This document shows positions 51,174 through 61,964 of a DNA stretch of 64,000 nt, in pieces. Position 1 is the first letter of the stretch. Every line of letters starts with the position of its first letter. The notes beneath the pieces were generated by a model. The model saw only the letters and a list, made by a program, of their open reading frames with translations. It did not search any database and had not been told where the DNA came from. Source of the DNA: Promethearchaeota archaeon (GTDB lineage: Archaea; Asgardarchaeota; Lokiarchaeia; Sigyniarchaeales; SOKP01); assembly GCA_048938895.1 (NCBI GenBank), contig JBHLLU010000002.1, forward strand, positions 32,001 through 96,000, written 5' to 3'. Both the position numbers and the translations under genes were made by a program.

Positions 51174-52154
51174 ATGCCTTCAGAAAAATCCTTAGGTGAA
51201 TATTTTAATAATACTGGTCGTGAAGATGTGTTATCTGGAGGAGTAAAAATGATACCCATCCAGACACAATTTGGTGAATTTAAAGTTTGGACGAAAAGGA
51301 TAGGAAATAATCCAACAATCAAAGTCCTTCTGTTGCATGGAGGTCCGGGTGCAACACATGAATACTTTGAATGTTTTGATAGTTTTTTTCCTGCAGAGGG
51401 TTTTGAATATTACTATTACGATCAATTAGGATCTTTTTATAGTGATCAACCTGAGGAACCGGGATTATGGGAGATTCCAAGATTTGTGGAAGAAGTAGAA
51501 CAAGTTAGAAAAGCTTTAAAATTAAAAAAATCAAACTTCTATCTATTTGGGCAATCTTGGGGAGGCATACTAGCAGTTGAATATGCATTAAAATATCAGG
51601 GTAATCTTAAAGGTCTAATAATCTCCAACATGATGATGAGTGCCCCTGCTTATGGAAAATATGCTGATGAAGTCCTTGGACCTAAACTTGATCCCAAAGT
51701 TTTAGCTGAAATTAAAGATTTGGAGGCTAAGGAAGATTTTGATAATCCTCATTATATGGAATTATTATTATCTAATTATTACACAGAGCATTTTGTACGC
51801 ATACCTGTTGAGCAATGGCCAGAACCCATTAATCGAACATTCAAACATCTTAATGAGGATGTTTATGTACCAATGCAGGGTCCTAGTGAATTTGGGATAA
51901 GGGGTACGTTAGAAAATTGGGATAGAACTTCTGACTTATCTAAAATAAAAATTCCTACTTTAGTAATCGGAGCTACTTACGATACAATGGATCCCGAGCA
52001 TATGAGATGGGTATCTACCCAAGTACAACAAGGACAATTTTTATTATGCCCAAATGGTAGTCATTGTGCTTTCTATGATGATCAGAAGAAATTTTTTGAG
52101 GGGTTGATAAAATTTATCAACGATGTAGATCAAAAAACGTTTTCTCCAAAATAA
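51174..52154 (+). CDS. pip: Proline iminopeptidase (alpha/beta hydrolase)
   Basis: LHGGPG, YDQLGS, GQSWGG, MQGPSEF, YDTM, GSH. Confidence 0.92.
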   Translation: MPSEKSLGEYFNNTGREDVLSGGVKMIPIQTQFGEFKVWTKRIGNNPTIKVLLLHGGPGATHEYFECFDSFFPAEGFEYYYYDQLGSFYSDQPEEPGLWEIPRFVEEVEQVRKALKLKKSNFYLFGQSWGGILAVEYALKYQGNLKGLIISNMMMSAPAYGKYADEVLGPKLDPKVLAEIKDLEAKEDFDNPHYMELLLSNYYTEHFVRIPVEQWPEPINRTFKHLNEDVYVPMQGPSEFGIRGTLENWDRTSDLSKIKIPTLVIGATYDTMDPEHMRWVSTQVQQGQFLLCPNGSHCAFYDDQKKFFEGLIKFINDVDQKTFSPK

Positions 52155-52277
52155 AGATTTAATCGTTTAAGAAAGAAATTGATATCAAAAGAATTAATAG
52201 ATTTTTTATCAAATATAATATAAGAAGCGATTATTTTTTATAGATTTATGATTACATAATCATATTTTCATTTCTTT

Positions 52278-52306
52278 CTGTGCAAAAATAAAATAGATTT
52301 GTGCAA
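52278..52306. promoter_or_regulatory. Two TGTGCAA boxes 21 nt apart upstream of the uDENN-like/7TM operon
   Basis: CTGTGCAA 52278-52285 and TTGTGCAA 52299-52306. Confidence 0.55.
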
Positions 52307-52435
52307 TATTATGTGTTAATGTCACAAAAAAAGTGAAAAAACATCTAATTTTTTATAAGTTCATAATCTTATGAATATTGAAACAAAGAATAATACTATT
52401 TCAATAATTGAACATTTAAGAAGTAGGTTCTAAAA

Positions 52436-52930
52436 ATGGCTACAGAGTATGCAATTCTCGCGAAATTAGGTGGTTTCATTGGAAGTAATCCTGAAATAAT
52501 AAGCTCAACTCCTTCTCTAAAATCAATTATGACTGAAACCGAACTTCTTAGTAAATGTTTTCCTATTGGTTCTAAAGTTGGACAATTCATCGAAGATAAG
52601 TTAAATAAATATCTAGTATTATCATACATTTTTAAAGTAAAACAAGAGCGTGAGAGAGATGATTTATTCTCTTTATCAATTCTCCTAAATAAACATGATA
52701 AAATTGATATATACAAACATACTCTGAAAGAACTTGTAGATATTTTAGAAGAAAATGGATTACTTAGTGAATTGATTTTAACTAAATACCATAATCTCAT
52801 TTATGAAGGGATGAATCAAGAAAAGGATATTCTCATTGAAAACAAATTTATAGAATTATCGAGAATCTTTAGAGATATTAAAGCAAAGGTTTTAAAACAA
52901 AAACCACAGTTAAAAGGAAGTTTTTTCTAA
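52436..52930 (+). CDS. Cytoplasmic protein resembling a uDENN/longin domain
   Basis: KCFPIG followed by beta-rich YLVLSYIF...LFSLSILL and then a helix, as in uDENN modules (by eye only). Confidence 0.5.
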   Translation: MATEYAILAKLGGFIGSNPEIISSTPSLKSIMTETELLSKCFPIGSKVGQFIEDKLNKYLVLSYIFKVKQERERDDLFSLSILLNKHDKIDIYKHTLKELVDILEENGLLSELILTKYHNLIYEGMNQEKDILIENKFIELSRIFRDIKAKVLKQKPQLKGSFF

Positions 52931-53568
52931 TGGTAGAAGATATTATTGTTGAAAATCTAAGAGTAATAGGTTATTTTCTTAGCGCTACTCTTATTCCATT
53001 TGCTACAGTAATCTTAGGAAGGAGGATTATTAAAGAAAAAAGGACAACAGGGCAACATAATAATGTTCGTTTAATAATTTTTGGAATCTTATTTAGTTTC
53101 GCCCTAATGAGTGTTTTGGAATACTTGGTTGAGTTGTCATTATTCCCAGAGGAAATATTTGGGTATAGTATAACATATATAAATTTATATTCGATATTAA
53201 TTGGTACTATGGTATCTTTAGGTCTTAGTTTAGTATTTTATATTAATAGATTGGAGACTTTTTATTTCTTTTCACTATTTATCTTTGGTGGAATGATAAT
53301 TTTTTATTACTTAACTGGATTTAGCGACTGGCTTGAATTGTATATACAAATAACAGCTGTACTGTGTCTCTCATTTATATATTTTACAAGTTTTCGAGTG
53401 AGAGATAATGGAGCACTTGGCTTAGCCATCTTTTTTACTTTAGCCTTTAGTACTTTGGTAATCGAGATTTCTTTTGTCAATCAGATAATAATATTTACAT
53501 ATAATATATTTATTTTGTTTTTCTCGCTGGGACTATTTAGGCCATTTAAAGAGGAGGTTATTCAATAA
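52930..53568 (+). CDS. Seven-TM membrane protein
   Basis: Seven hydrophobic segments; TAATG overlap with the upstream gene. Confidence 0.75.
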   Translation: MVEDIIVENLRVIGYFLSATLIPFATVILGRRIIKEKRTTGQHNNVRLIIFGILFSFALMSVLEYLVELSLFPEEIFGYSITYINLYSILIGTMVSLGLSLVFYINRLETFYFFSLFIFGGMIIFYYLTGFSDWLELYIQITAVLCLSFIYFTSFRVRDNGALGLAIFFTLAFSTLVIEISFVNQIIIFTYNIFILFFSLGLFRPFKEEVIQ

Positions 53569-53569
53569 A

Positions 53570-54220
53570 ATGCCACAGTTTCTCTATATGATAATAGAAG
53601 GTATGTATTTTATATTTGGCTTATTATCGATAAAAATTACCTTAAATACTTGGAAAGATAATAAAAACCGGATTCTAATTGCCATCTCTGTATACATGAT
53701 TGCTGTCTTAATGAAATCTGTAATTGATATGTTGTTTTATCTTCTTGATCTTAATTTGGACGTTGAAATAATTGGATATGTTACCATTGGGCAGATAATT
53801 GGCAATATTTTATTCGTGATTCAACTGGAATTTATATTTTTCTTAAAAAAGTTGACTAAATTATATACGCTTCCCTTCATCATAGCTTTCTATCTTATTG
53901 CTGGAAGAATTCAAGTAAATTCAGCTCTACCATTCATCATATATGCTATGTTGGTGGGTTATGGATCTGCTTATTTACTAATTAAAGATGGAAAAAGAAA
54001 GCTAAATGGACAAGCAGTTGGGATGGGCTTATTCTTCTTGCTTTGGGCTTTAGGACAAACTGTTCCCATTGAAGTATTTTTTATTTTCTGTAGGTTATTC
54101 GCAATGATATTACTCTTTTTAGGTACTAAGGGATTCTATGAAAAGTATATTTTCCCAGATCTAGAGGAAGAAAAGAAAATTATGGGTGCTTGGATCGCAA
54201 AATTTGTCATAAAGGATTAG
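53570..54220 (+). CDS. Seven-TM membrane protein (distant paralogue of the preceding gene)
   Basis: Seven hydrophobic segments; shared basic-NG...G..(L/I)FF motif at TM6. Confidence 0.75.
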   Translation: MPQFLYMIIEGMYFIFGLLSIKITLNTWKDNKNRILIAISVYMIAVLMKSVIDMLFYLLDLNLDVEIIGYVTIGQIIGNILFVIQLEFIFFLKKLTKLYTLPFIIAFYLIAGRIQVNSALPFIIYAMLVGYGSAYLLIKDGKRKLNGQAVGMGLFFLLWALGQTVPIEVFFIFCRLFAMILLFLGTKGFYEKYIFPDLEEEKKIMGAWIAKFVIKD

Positions 54221-54461
54221 TTCGATATAGATTTATTTTATGATAAAAACCAGATTTCAATTTTTTATTGAACCTTGACTAAGTTGAATTTACCTAGACT
54301 ATATTTGATTCTGAAAGAGGATATCAGCAAATTAACAAGAAGAATCTTATTTGTAGCAATAGAACAAAAATCAGTAAAAAAGCTCAACTTTTTATTTTAA
54401 AATCAGCATAATTAGTTAAGAATAAAATCATTATTTCAAACTACTCTACTAGTTGGCAAAA

Positions 54462-55358
54462 ATGGGAATTAGAAATCTTCTAAAAAGAGTTTTTACAAAA
54501 GAAAAGAAAGTTGTTATATGTGGATTAGATAGTGCTGGAAAGAGTACTATGGTTAGTTTTCTTCAAAATGGAACCTTTATAGAACACACTCCAACAATGG
54601 GTAAAGAATTGACCACTTTGCAAGTGCAAGGTATTAGAATAAATTTAATCGATATGGGAGGGCAAAAAGATTTTCGAGATTTATGGCTAGGAGAAGCTTC
54701 ACAAGCTGAGTGCGTTATATTTATGATAGATGCTCATGCTAAAGAAAGATTTAATGAAGCAAAAAGGGAGTTATGGAAATTATCAGATAATTTTAAGAAG
54801 AATCCATTGATTGTTTTAGCAAATAAATATGATCTGCAACCGGTGGCGAGTATCAGTGATATAATCGAAGTTTTAGATTTGAATAAATTACCTTCTTTTG
54901 AAGTTATGCCTATTTCATGTAAAACGGGATACGGAATTGTCAAAGCATTTATGAAAATTTATTATAAATTAACTGGAAGTCAACTAACTAAAAAAATTAA
55001 CACAAAAGCAGTAACAATTTTCGATCAAGGTGGTGTACCCCTTACATCTTCTTCAGATGAGGATATTCTTCAAGGAGGACTTTTCTCAGCAATTAACAGC
55101 TTTGTCAAACAATCATTCCATTCTGATTTGGATCAACTAAAATTTGGTGACAATTTAATTATCTTTAAGCGATCTAAAAATTTGTTAGGTTCTATTGTAA
55201 TTAATAATGGTGATAGGGTGAATGTTAAATATGCTGAAGATGGTTTAGATGAACTATTAACACACCTAGAGAATATGTGCCCTGAACTTGAAAAAAATCA
55301 AACAGATTCAGGAAAGATTGAATTCTTAGTGAAACAATATGCTTCAAATCTTTTATAA
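54462..55358 (+). CDS. Arf-family small GTPase fused to a C-terminal longin/roadblock-like domain
   Basis: MGIRNLLKRVF, G1 GLDSAGKS, G2 PTMG, G3 DMGGQ..FRDLW, G4 NKYD, G5 SCK. C-terminal IFDQGGVPL...GGLFSAINSF. Alternative start TTG 54453. Confidence 0.92.
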   Translation: MGIRNLLKRVFTKEKKVVICGLDSAGKSTMVSFLQNGTFIEHTPTMGKELTTLQVQGIRINLIDMGGQKDFRDLWLGEASQAECVIFMIDAHAKERFNEAKRELWKLSDNFKKNPLIVLANKYDLQPVASISDIIEVLDLNKLPSFEVMPISCKTGYGIVKAFMKIYYKLTGSQLTKKINTKAVTIFDQGGVPLTSSSDEDILQGGLFSAINSFVKQSFHSDLDQLKFGDNLIIFKRSKNLLGSIVINNGDRVNVKYAEDGLDELLTHLENMCPELEKNQTDSGKIEFLVKQYASNLL

Positions 55359-55559
55359 TATTATTTTCTTTTTCTTATTTTTCAAGAAATTCTTTATAGA
55401 GAAATAGTTTAAACTAGTTATCTATCAATAAAAGTTGAAGAATTTTGAATTTTGTACAAATTGAAATGAGAAAGTAATTATACAATCAAAAATTTTTGCA
55501 GAATAAGCTACTCGAGGTATTTTTGAACTCAACAAACAAAAAATAAAGAGTTTTACAAT

Positions 55560-56333
55560 ATGATTATGATTCTGTTTACAATTCTATTATGGATCATAAT
55601 ACTTGATAACTTACTTCTTGGGATTTTTTTACTCATCAAAGCATTCCAAATTAAGTTTATTAATCTCTATTCAATGGGTATCGGTTTTGTATTATTTTTT
55701 GTTGGATTGTTCGGTAATTTTGTATTAGGTTATGGTTATTTCTTTGAAGAATTATTTGTATTTATAGGTTATTTCTTAATCGCTTTCTTTACTTACTTAA
55801 CCTTCCATAGACGGAAGGTTGATTACAAAGCTAGACTATTATTATACTTATCATTAGTCTTTATGTTCACTCGAATCTTTCTTGGTTTGTTGGTTGAAAT
55901 TAATTTAAATCCAGTTACTAGATATTCTGAACTGATTATAATAAACTGCTGTCTATTCCTAGTTTTTTATTGGTTAGGATGGTCTTCTTTATCTGCGTAT
56001 AAAAGATTGCGTAACATTAATGTTGCTCCTTGGTTAAAAACAAGATATAAAGCTATTTCTATTGTTTCTTTTTTATGGCCATTCCATGCGCTATTAGGTT
56101 TATTCTTACCGTGGAATACTGAGTTTGGTGATCCTTCTGATATAATAAGTTTGATCCACTTCAGTATAACTGTAATTTTAAGCTTGATTTTTATAATAGG
56201 AATGATTATCGCGTGGATAATTCCTGAATATCTAAAAAATTACATAAATAGTAAAAAAGGGTATGAACCTCCGGATGATAAAGAATTATCTGAAGATGAC
56301 CTAATGAAGTTGATAAAAAGTCAATTGCCATAA
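55560..56333 (+). CDS. Seven-TM protein (family shared with 61965-62771)
   Basis: Seven hydrophobic helices, FTYLTF, PWLKTRY, AWIIP..LK, ELSEDDLM tail. Confidence 0.8.
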   Translation: MIMILFTILLWIIILDNLLLGIFLLIKAFQIKFINLYSMGIGFVLFFVGLFGNFVLGYGYFFEELFVFIGYFLIAFFTYLTFHRRKVDYKARLLLYLSLVFMFTRIFLGLLVEINLNPVTRYSELIIINCCLFLVFYWLGWSSLSAYKRLRNINVAPWLKTRYKAISIVSFLWPFHALLGLFLPWNTEFGDPSDIISLIHFSITVILSLIFIIGMIIAWIIPEYLKNYINSKKGYEPPDDKELSEDDLMKLIKSQLP

Positions 56334-56471
56334 GATAATAACAAATAATTAATTATCAAGAGTGAACTCTTCAGATTGGCATTTAAGCAGAAGTTGGCTT
56401 TAAACTCAGTAAACAACTGAAGATTATAGATAGTTCATGCTCATTATAAATTTTATAATTATATTATAAAT

Positions 56472-58346
56472 TTATCTGCTAAATACTATTGGAAGTGTAA
56501 AATAGAAAGTTGAACCTTTATTTCGACCTTTTGACTCAACCCAAATCTCTCCTCCATGCAATTCTATGATTTTTTTTGATATGTACAAACCTAATCCAGA
56601 ACCACCTAATATATCATCGAATCCTTGGTTCTTTCTGCTAAATTTTCCGAACTTTTGAAACAGCTTCTCTTTCTCATCCTCAGTAAAACCAAAACCATCA
56701 TCTTTTATCGAGGTAACAATAGTATTACCCTTAATTTCAGATCGTAGTTCTATCAATCCCCCTGGAGGAGAATAATTTATAGCATTGTTAAGTAAATTTG
56801 AAATAACTTCACGAATTTGCTCTTTATTAAATTTAGTAATCCCAATATCTTTTATATCTACATCAATTTTTAATAATTTCATTTTGGCGAAAGTTTGTAA
56901 TTCATCAACACATGATTTTATAAGTGTTGCAATATCTCCTTTTGAAGTAATTAATTCGATTTTACTAGTTTCTAATTTTGAACTTTCAATTAATTTATGG
57001 ATTATATCCTCAATTCTTTCGCAACCTCTTTGAATTGAATCTATCATTTTCACTACTTCTGGTTTTAAATTTTCATAATGTAAATTTAAAATTAAGTCGG
57101 CGTTACCCTTTATAGCTACTAATGGTACTTTTAGCTCGTGAGATGCTCTTCTAAGAAATTCATTTTTTAAATTGTTCAATTGTTCTAACTCTTTATTTTG
57201 TTCTTTTAATTTTTCCTCGGATTCCTTTAATTTTCTTTCACTGGTTTTACGATCAGAAATGTCTCGAGCTATGGTAATAATTTTCTTATTACCGGCACCA
57301 TCTACAAAATTCTTCGCCGAAATTTCCAACCATTTATAGCTACCATCTTCATGTTCAAAACGTGTTTGATATGAGCCTTTTCCTTTTCTTAATATTTTAC
57401 CTAATAAAATAGCTGATCGTTTTCGATCATCTGGGTGTACAAGAGTAAGAGGACTTTCTTTTAATAGTTCTTTTTTAGAATAGCCAAGAATCTGTCTATG
57501 TACATTTTCATTTAGATCTTCATATTCAAATTTATTATTTAGTACTTTAATGAGATCATTCGCATTTTCAAAGATTAATCTATATTTTTCTTCAGATTCT
57601 CTTAATTTGATTTCTATTTCCTTTTCTCTGGTGATATCTCGAGAAACTAATAATATCCTTTTATTACCATTCGAATCAAATGTTACCCTTCCGTTTACAT
57701 CCATCCATTTATAGGAATTGTCTTTTGTGCGCATTCTATATTGTCCTCGGCCTTGACCTTCTTTTAACGCTTCTTTTAAAAGAAGTTTAGCGTGTTTTAT
57801 ATCATCGGGATGCAAAAATTCCAAAGGAGATTTGCCTATGATTTCTTCTTTTGAAAATCCTGATATCCGTTCCTGTGTTTCATTTATAAATAATAACTCG
57901 AATTTATCGTTAAAAACTGAAATCATATCATTAATATTATCTGTAATGAACTGATATTTTTCTTCAACCTCTTTTTGGACCGATATATCTCTTAATACTG
58001 CAGTAAGTTTTATGTTTTCATTTTCCCGTAAAATAGTTCCATTGGCAGATAAATGTACATAATGTCCATCCTTATGTAATGCTCTGTATTCAGCAGATAT
58101 TGGACCTCCACCGTCTATTAAGTTTTTCATTTTACTCAATAAATTAGGAAGATCTTCGGGATGGATGAATTTAAAACCATTAGTTCCAATAACTTCCTCA
58201 GGATTATAACCAAGAATATTTTTTACTTGTGGACTCACATAAGTAAAATATCCATCTAAATCAGATTCTACTATGATATCTCTAATATGATTTACAATTA
58301 ATTGTAGATGTTCTTTAGTATCTTTTTTTTTTTTGTTGTTTGACAT
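56472..58346 (-). CDS. Soluble histidine kinase with 3 PAS domains
   Basis: HPED/HPDD PAS repeats, SHELKVPL, NLLNNAINY, GSGLGL. Confidence 0.95.
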   Translation of the reverse strand: MSNNKKKKDTKEHLQLIVNHIRDIIVESDLDGYFTYVSPQVKNILGYNPEEVIGTNGFKFIHPEDLPNLLSKMKNLIDGGGPISAEYRALHKDGHYVHLSANGTILRENENIKLTAVLRDISVQKEVEEKYQFITDNINDMISVFNDKFELLFINETQERISGFSKEEIIGKSPLEFLHPDDIKHAKLLLKEALKEGQGRGQYRMRTKDNSYKWMDVNGRVTFDSNGNKRILLVSRDITREKEIEIKLRESEEKYRLIFENANDLIKVLNNKFEYEDLNENVHRQILGYSKKELLKESPLTLVHPDDRKRSAILLGKILRKGKGSYQTRFEHEDGSYKWLEISAKNFVDGAGNKKIITIARDISDRKTSERKLKESEEKLKEQNKELEQLNNLKNEFLRRASHELKVPLVAIKGNADLILNLHYENLKPEVVKMIDSIQRGCERIEDIIHKLIESSKLETSKIELITSKGDIATLIKSCVDELQTFAKMKLLKIDVDIKDIGITKFNKEQIREVISNLLNNAINYSPPGGLIELRSEIKGNTIVTSIKDDGFGFTEDEKEKLFQKFGKFSRKNQGFDDILGGSGLGLYISKKIIELHGGEIWVESKGRNKGSTFYFTLPIVFSR

Positions 58347-58442
58347 TTTAAAAATGTGTTCTTGTTATTTATTGATTACAAGATTTAGACCTCGAATATA
58401 TAATAGTTGGAAATCTATTTCTTAAAAAGCTTGTTAAAAAAT

Positions 58443-58617
58443 TTGTGCAAGAAATATTTAGCTCTCAAGAACTTTTGTACATTTAGATCAATCAAAATAA
58501 AGATAAAAATGAACTTATTAAAGTCTTATTTTGCCTATATCTTTTCATGTTGATAGAACGTATTTTCATTATTAACAGTTGTTAATTATAAGAAAAAAGA
58601 TAATTTTTTATGTGCAA
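58443..58617. promoter_or_regulatory. TGTGCAA-type boxes in the divergent kinase/regulator promoter
   Basis: TTGTGCAA 58443-58450, TTGTACAT 58475-58482, ATGTGCAA 58610-58617. Confidence 0.55.
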
Positions 58618-58670
58618 AATTATTTATTTTTATTAAAGAAAATTAAAAACATAATTTCGGATAAAGAAAA

Positions 58671-59567
58671 ATGGCGCAAAAAGTCCAAAAAACAGAAGAA
58701 ATGAAGAATTATGAATTAGAAACAGGGAAAAATGCAATTTGGAATAATGAAATTACTAAAGGATTCTTAAAATGGCAAAAAGGTGAACGTCTTTACGACA
58801 TTGATAAAGAACGTGTTGCACTCTATGTTTCTAAGAATATGAAAGAAAGGTGGGTATCATTTGTCAAAAAAAGCAATTATTCTACTCTATCAAAATTAGT
58901 TAAAGAAGCAATCGATTTTTATATTCAATATAAATCTTCCCCCTATAGTGAAAAAGAACCAGAAAATACTAACGTGCTTTCAAGAATTTCTCATGATTTA
59001 AAAGAAAGATTAACCACAATTATGGCTTATCTACAATTACTAATTGAAGGGAAGGAATATTCTCTAGATTTTGGGGTTGTTACAGAATTAAAGAACATTT
59101 ATAACCAGTGCCTTTCTTTTGAAGAATTTATAATATCTAATTTTGAAAACTTAAAACTTGAAGAGGAAAAAATTATGGATAGAGACAAAATCAAATATGA
59201 TATTTTAATCATAGAAGATAATATTGAGACACTGAATTTTCTAATAAGATACTTTGGGCATTTAGGATATTCTTGTAAAGAAGCAAGAGCGGGTAAGAAG
59301 GGATTAGACCTTCTAAAAGAGTCTAAACCATTAATCATATTACTTGATATTATTTTACCAGATATAAATGGGTATGATTTTCTAAAATCAGTCAAATCGA
59401 ATCCTGATTATAATGATATTAAAATCATATTCTTAACTGCTGTACCAAGTTCAGAAGTTGCGGAAAAAATGGTTGAATTTGGTGTTGATGGTTTAATATC
59501 AAAACCTTTTAATTTAAAAGATTTTGAACTAGTCGAGAAGTTTCTGAAAGAAATAAAAAAAAAATAA
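58671..59567 (+). CDS. Response regulator with RHH-like domain, HisKA-like helix pair and C-terminal receiver
   Basis: RVALYVSKNMKERW...LSKLVKEAIDFY (RHH pattern), ISHDLKERLTTI, IIEDN/LLDIILP/FLTA/KPF. Confidence 0.85.
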   Translation: MAQKVQKTEEMKNYELETGKNAIWNNEITKGFLKWQKGERLYDIDKERVALYVSKNMKERWVSFVKKSNYSTLSKLVKEAIDFYIQYKSSPYSEKEPENTNVLSRISHDLKERLTTIMAYLQLLIEGKEYSLDFGVVTELKNIYNQCLSFEEFIISNFENLKLEEEKIMDRDKIKYDILIIEDNIETLNFLIRYFGHLGYSCKEARAGKKGLDLLKESKPLIILLDIILPDINGYDFLKSVKSNPDYNDIKIIFLTAVPSSEVAEKMVEFGVDGLISKPFNLKDFELVEKFLKEIKKK

Positions 59568-59576
59568 TTTATATTC

Positions 59577-61844
59577 CTAACCATTCTCCCTCATTTCTTT
59601 AAAAAAACGTATAAAGAATTTAGCACCCTTGTTTCTTCCATCAGATTCAACTAATACTTTGCCTCCATGAAGCTCTACTATTTCCTTTGTAATATAAAGT
59701 CCTAAACCTGCTCCCTCTATGTCCACATCAAGATCCTGACCATATCGCTCAATTTTCCCAAACTTTTGAAATAGTTTCTCTTTTTCTTCCAGGGTAATTC
59801 CTACTCCATTATCTTCTACAATGATGTCAATTAAATTTTCTGACTCTTTTAATTCTATTCTTATCTTTCCTCTAGAAGGTGTATTTTTGATTGCATTCGA
59901 AATAAGGTTTATTATTGATTGAGAAAATCTATTTTTGTCTACATTATAATAGATTTCATTAGGTAAATCCAAATCGATATTTATTTGTCTCGATGATGCT
60001 AGATACATTAATTCCTTGACACATTCCCTCATTACTTCACTTAAGTCTTGTTCTTCGAGATTAAGATTTAATTGTTTAATATCCAATTGAGAAGCATCTA
60101 ATAAATTATCTACAAGCTCTTTTAACCGTATTATACCACTATGTGATATTTCAAGATAAGATCTTATCTCTTCATTTAAAGTTGAATCTCTTAATAAGAG
60201 TTGAGATACACCATAAACCGATGTGAGTGGGGTTCTTAATTCATGCGAAATCCTTGTAATAAGTTCTTTTCTTAATTCATCTAATTCTAATAGTCTCTTG
60301 TTTTCTTCAACTATTAGATTCTCTGCCTTTTTCCTTGTTGTTACATCAATGAGAGAAACTAAAACTGCATTTTTTCCTTGATATTGGATTACCTTAGAAT
60401 TTATTTCGATCCATATTACTTCACCAGATTTTGTAAATAATCTGTAAGGGTGAGCTCCTTCTATGCCAAAGCTTCCCGTTTCCATTCTTTGGAATCTTTT
60501 CATCGCAATTGATAAATCCTCAGGATGAACTAATTTGAAGAATTCGTTTGGCGTCCAAGTTGATACTTCTTGTTGGGAATATCCTGTTGTATTTAATAGA
60601 GCCTCGTTAGCATATTTTATTTTCCCATCTTGTAGAATTACTATTCCTAAAAAGGATTGCTCAGTAATAGTTCGAAATTTTCCTTCTGATTCTATTAACT
60701 CTAATTCTGCTTTCATTCGCTCAGTAATGTCTCGATCAATACCACGATATCCTTGAAAATTTCCTTCAATATCAAAAATTGGAGCACCACTCGTTTCAAG
60801 TATTATAATTTGTCCATTCTTGTGTAAATTTCTATTTACCAACCCTTCAAACGAGCTTTGGGATATAATTATCTCCTCAAACATTTTTCTCACACGCTTA
60901 GCTTCCTCTCCTGGCATTAAATCGAATGGAGTTTTACTTATAACTTCTTCAGGCTCATAACCTAGTAGTTCTCTAATTTTTGGACTGGAATAAACATATT
61001 TATTATTTCGATCCACTTCCCAAATCCAATCACTGGTAGTCTCGACAAGACTTCTAAATTTCTCCTCAGATTCTTTTAATTTTTCCCCTGCAATTTTTCG
61101 TTCTGTAATATCTTCATAAGTGCCAAGAATTCCTATAATTTTGTCCTCCGAATCATGGAGAGGGATTCGATTTATATCTAACCATGCTTGTTTTCCATCT
61201 GCTTGGGTTTGTGGTTCAATGACGTGATATTCGGGTTTTCCAGATTCCATCACTAAACGCTCAATTTCATAAAATGATTCTGCTTCTTCAAATCTCCACG
61301 CTAAGTCATGATCTATCTTTCCTATTATATTTTCTGGATCTCCAACACCAGCTACTCTAGCAAAATTTCTGTTGCACCCTAGGTATTTTGAATCAATATC
61401 TTTCCAAAAAATATGTTGAGGAATATTATCTAATACTAACTGAAACATTCGCTTTGAATTATTCAATTCATCAAGTAGAGCCTTTTGGGTTGTGATATCT
61501 CTCATTACAGTTATAAAAATACGTTCTCCATCAATTTTATTTTTCATGAGCTTTGTTTTAAATTCTCCATAAAAAGAACTTCCATCAGGCTTTAATAATT
61601 TGTATTCATGTTTTTTTATGGATCCTTTTGTCTTGAGTTCCTTAAAATTTTCTTGAAGTTCATTATGTTGTTCTGAAACCACAAAATCAGAGATATGCTT
61701 TCCAATAAAGTAATTTTTATCTTCAATATCGTAAAAATCTAAAACATTTTGTGAAACGTTAATTACTTTCCCCTCAAAATTAAAAATTACAACGAGATCT
61801 GGTATGGCGTTAACTAATTCCTCCAAAAAAGTATTCATCATCAT
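59577..61844 (-). CDS. Soluble histidine kinase with 4 PAS domains
   Basis: PAS/PAC repeats, [27 protein letters not shown]. Confidence 0.95.
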   Translation of the reverse strand: MMMNTFLEELVNAIPDLVVIFNFEGKVINVSQNVLDFYDIEDKNYFIGKHISDFVVSEQHNELQENFKELKTKGSIKKHEYKLLKPDGSSFYGEFKTKLMKNKIDGERIFITVMRDITTQKALLDELNNSKRMFQLVLDNIPQHIFWKDIDSKYLGCNRNFARVAGVGDPENIIGKIDHDLAWRFEEAESFYEIERLVMESGKPEYHVIEPQTQADGKQAWLDINRIPLHDSEDKIIGILGTYEDITERKIAGEKLKESEEKFRSLVETTSDWIWEVDRNNKYVYSSPKIRELLGYEPEEVISKTPFDLMPGEEAKRVRKMFEEIIISQSSFEGLVNRNLHKNGQIIILETSGAPIFDIEGNFQGYRGIDRDITERMKAELELIESEGKFRTITEQSFLGIVILQDGKIKYANEALLNTTGYSQQEVSTWTPNEFFKLVHPEDLSIAMKRFQRMETGSFGIEGAHPYRLFTKSGEVIWIEINSKVIQYQGKNAVLVSLIDVTTRKKAENLIVEENKRLLELDELRKELITRISHELRTPLTSVYGVSQLLLRDSTLNEEIRSYLEISHSGIIRLKELVDNLLDASQLDIKQLNLNLEEQDLSEVMRECVKELMYLASSRQINIDLDLPNEIYYNVDKNRFSQSIINLISNAIKNTPSRGKIRIELKESENLIDIIVEDNGVGITLEEKEKLFQKFGKIERYGQDLDVDIEGAGLGLYITKEIVELHGGKVLVESDGRNKGAKFFIRFFKEMRENG

Positions 61845-61964
61845 TATAATAATCTAAAAAATTTAATGAAATTATATTGTATAATTATAGTGAATAAATT
61901 TAACTTTATGTTTAAAAATTCTAATATTCCCCTGTTTTAATGAGATTTAAAATATATTATGAAT

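Noticed and set aside
430-60756. Numerous 60-134 aa ORFs antisense or out-of-frame to long genes (e.g. 9258-9548, 52396-52800, 59099-59395)
   Set aside because: They are fully or mostly nested in well-supported genes and show no motifs; they are shadow ORFs.
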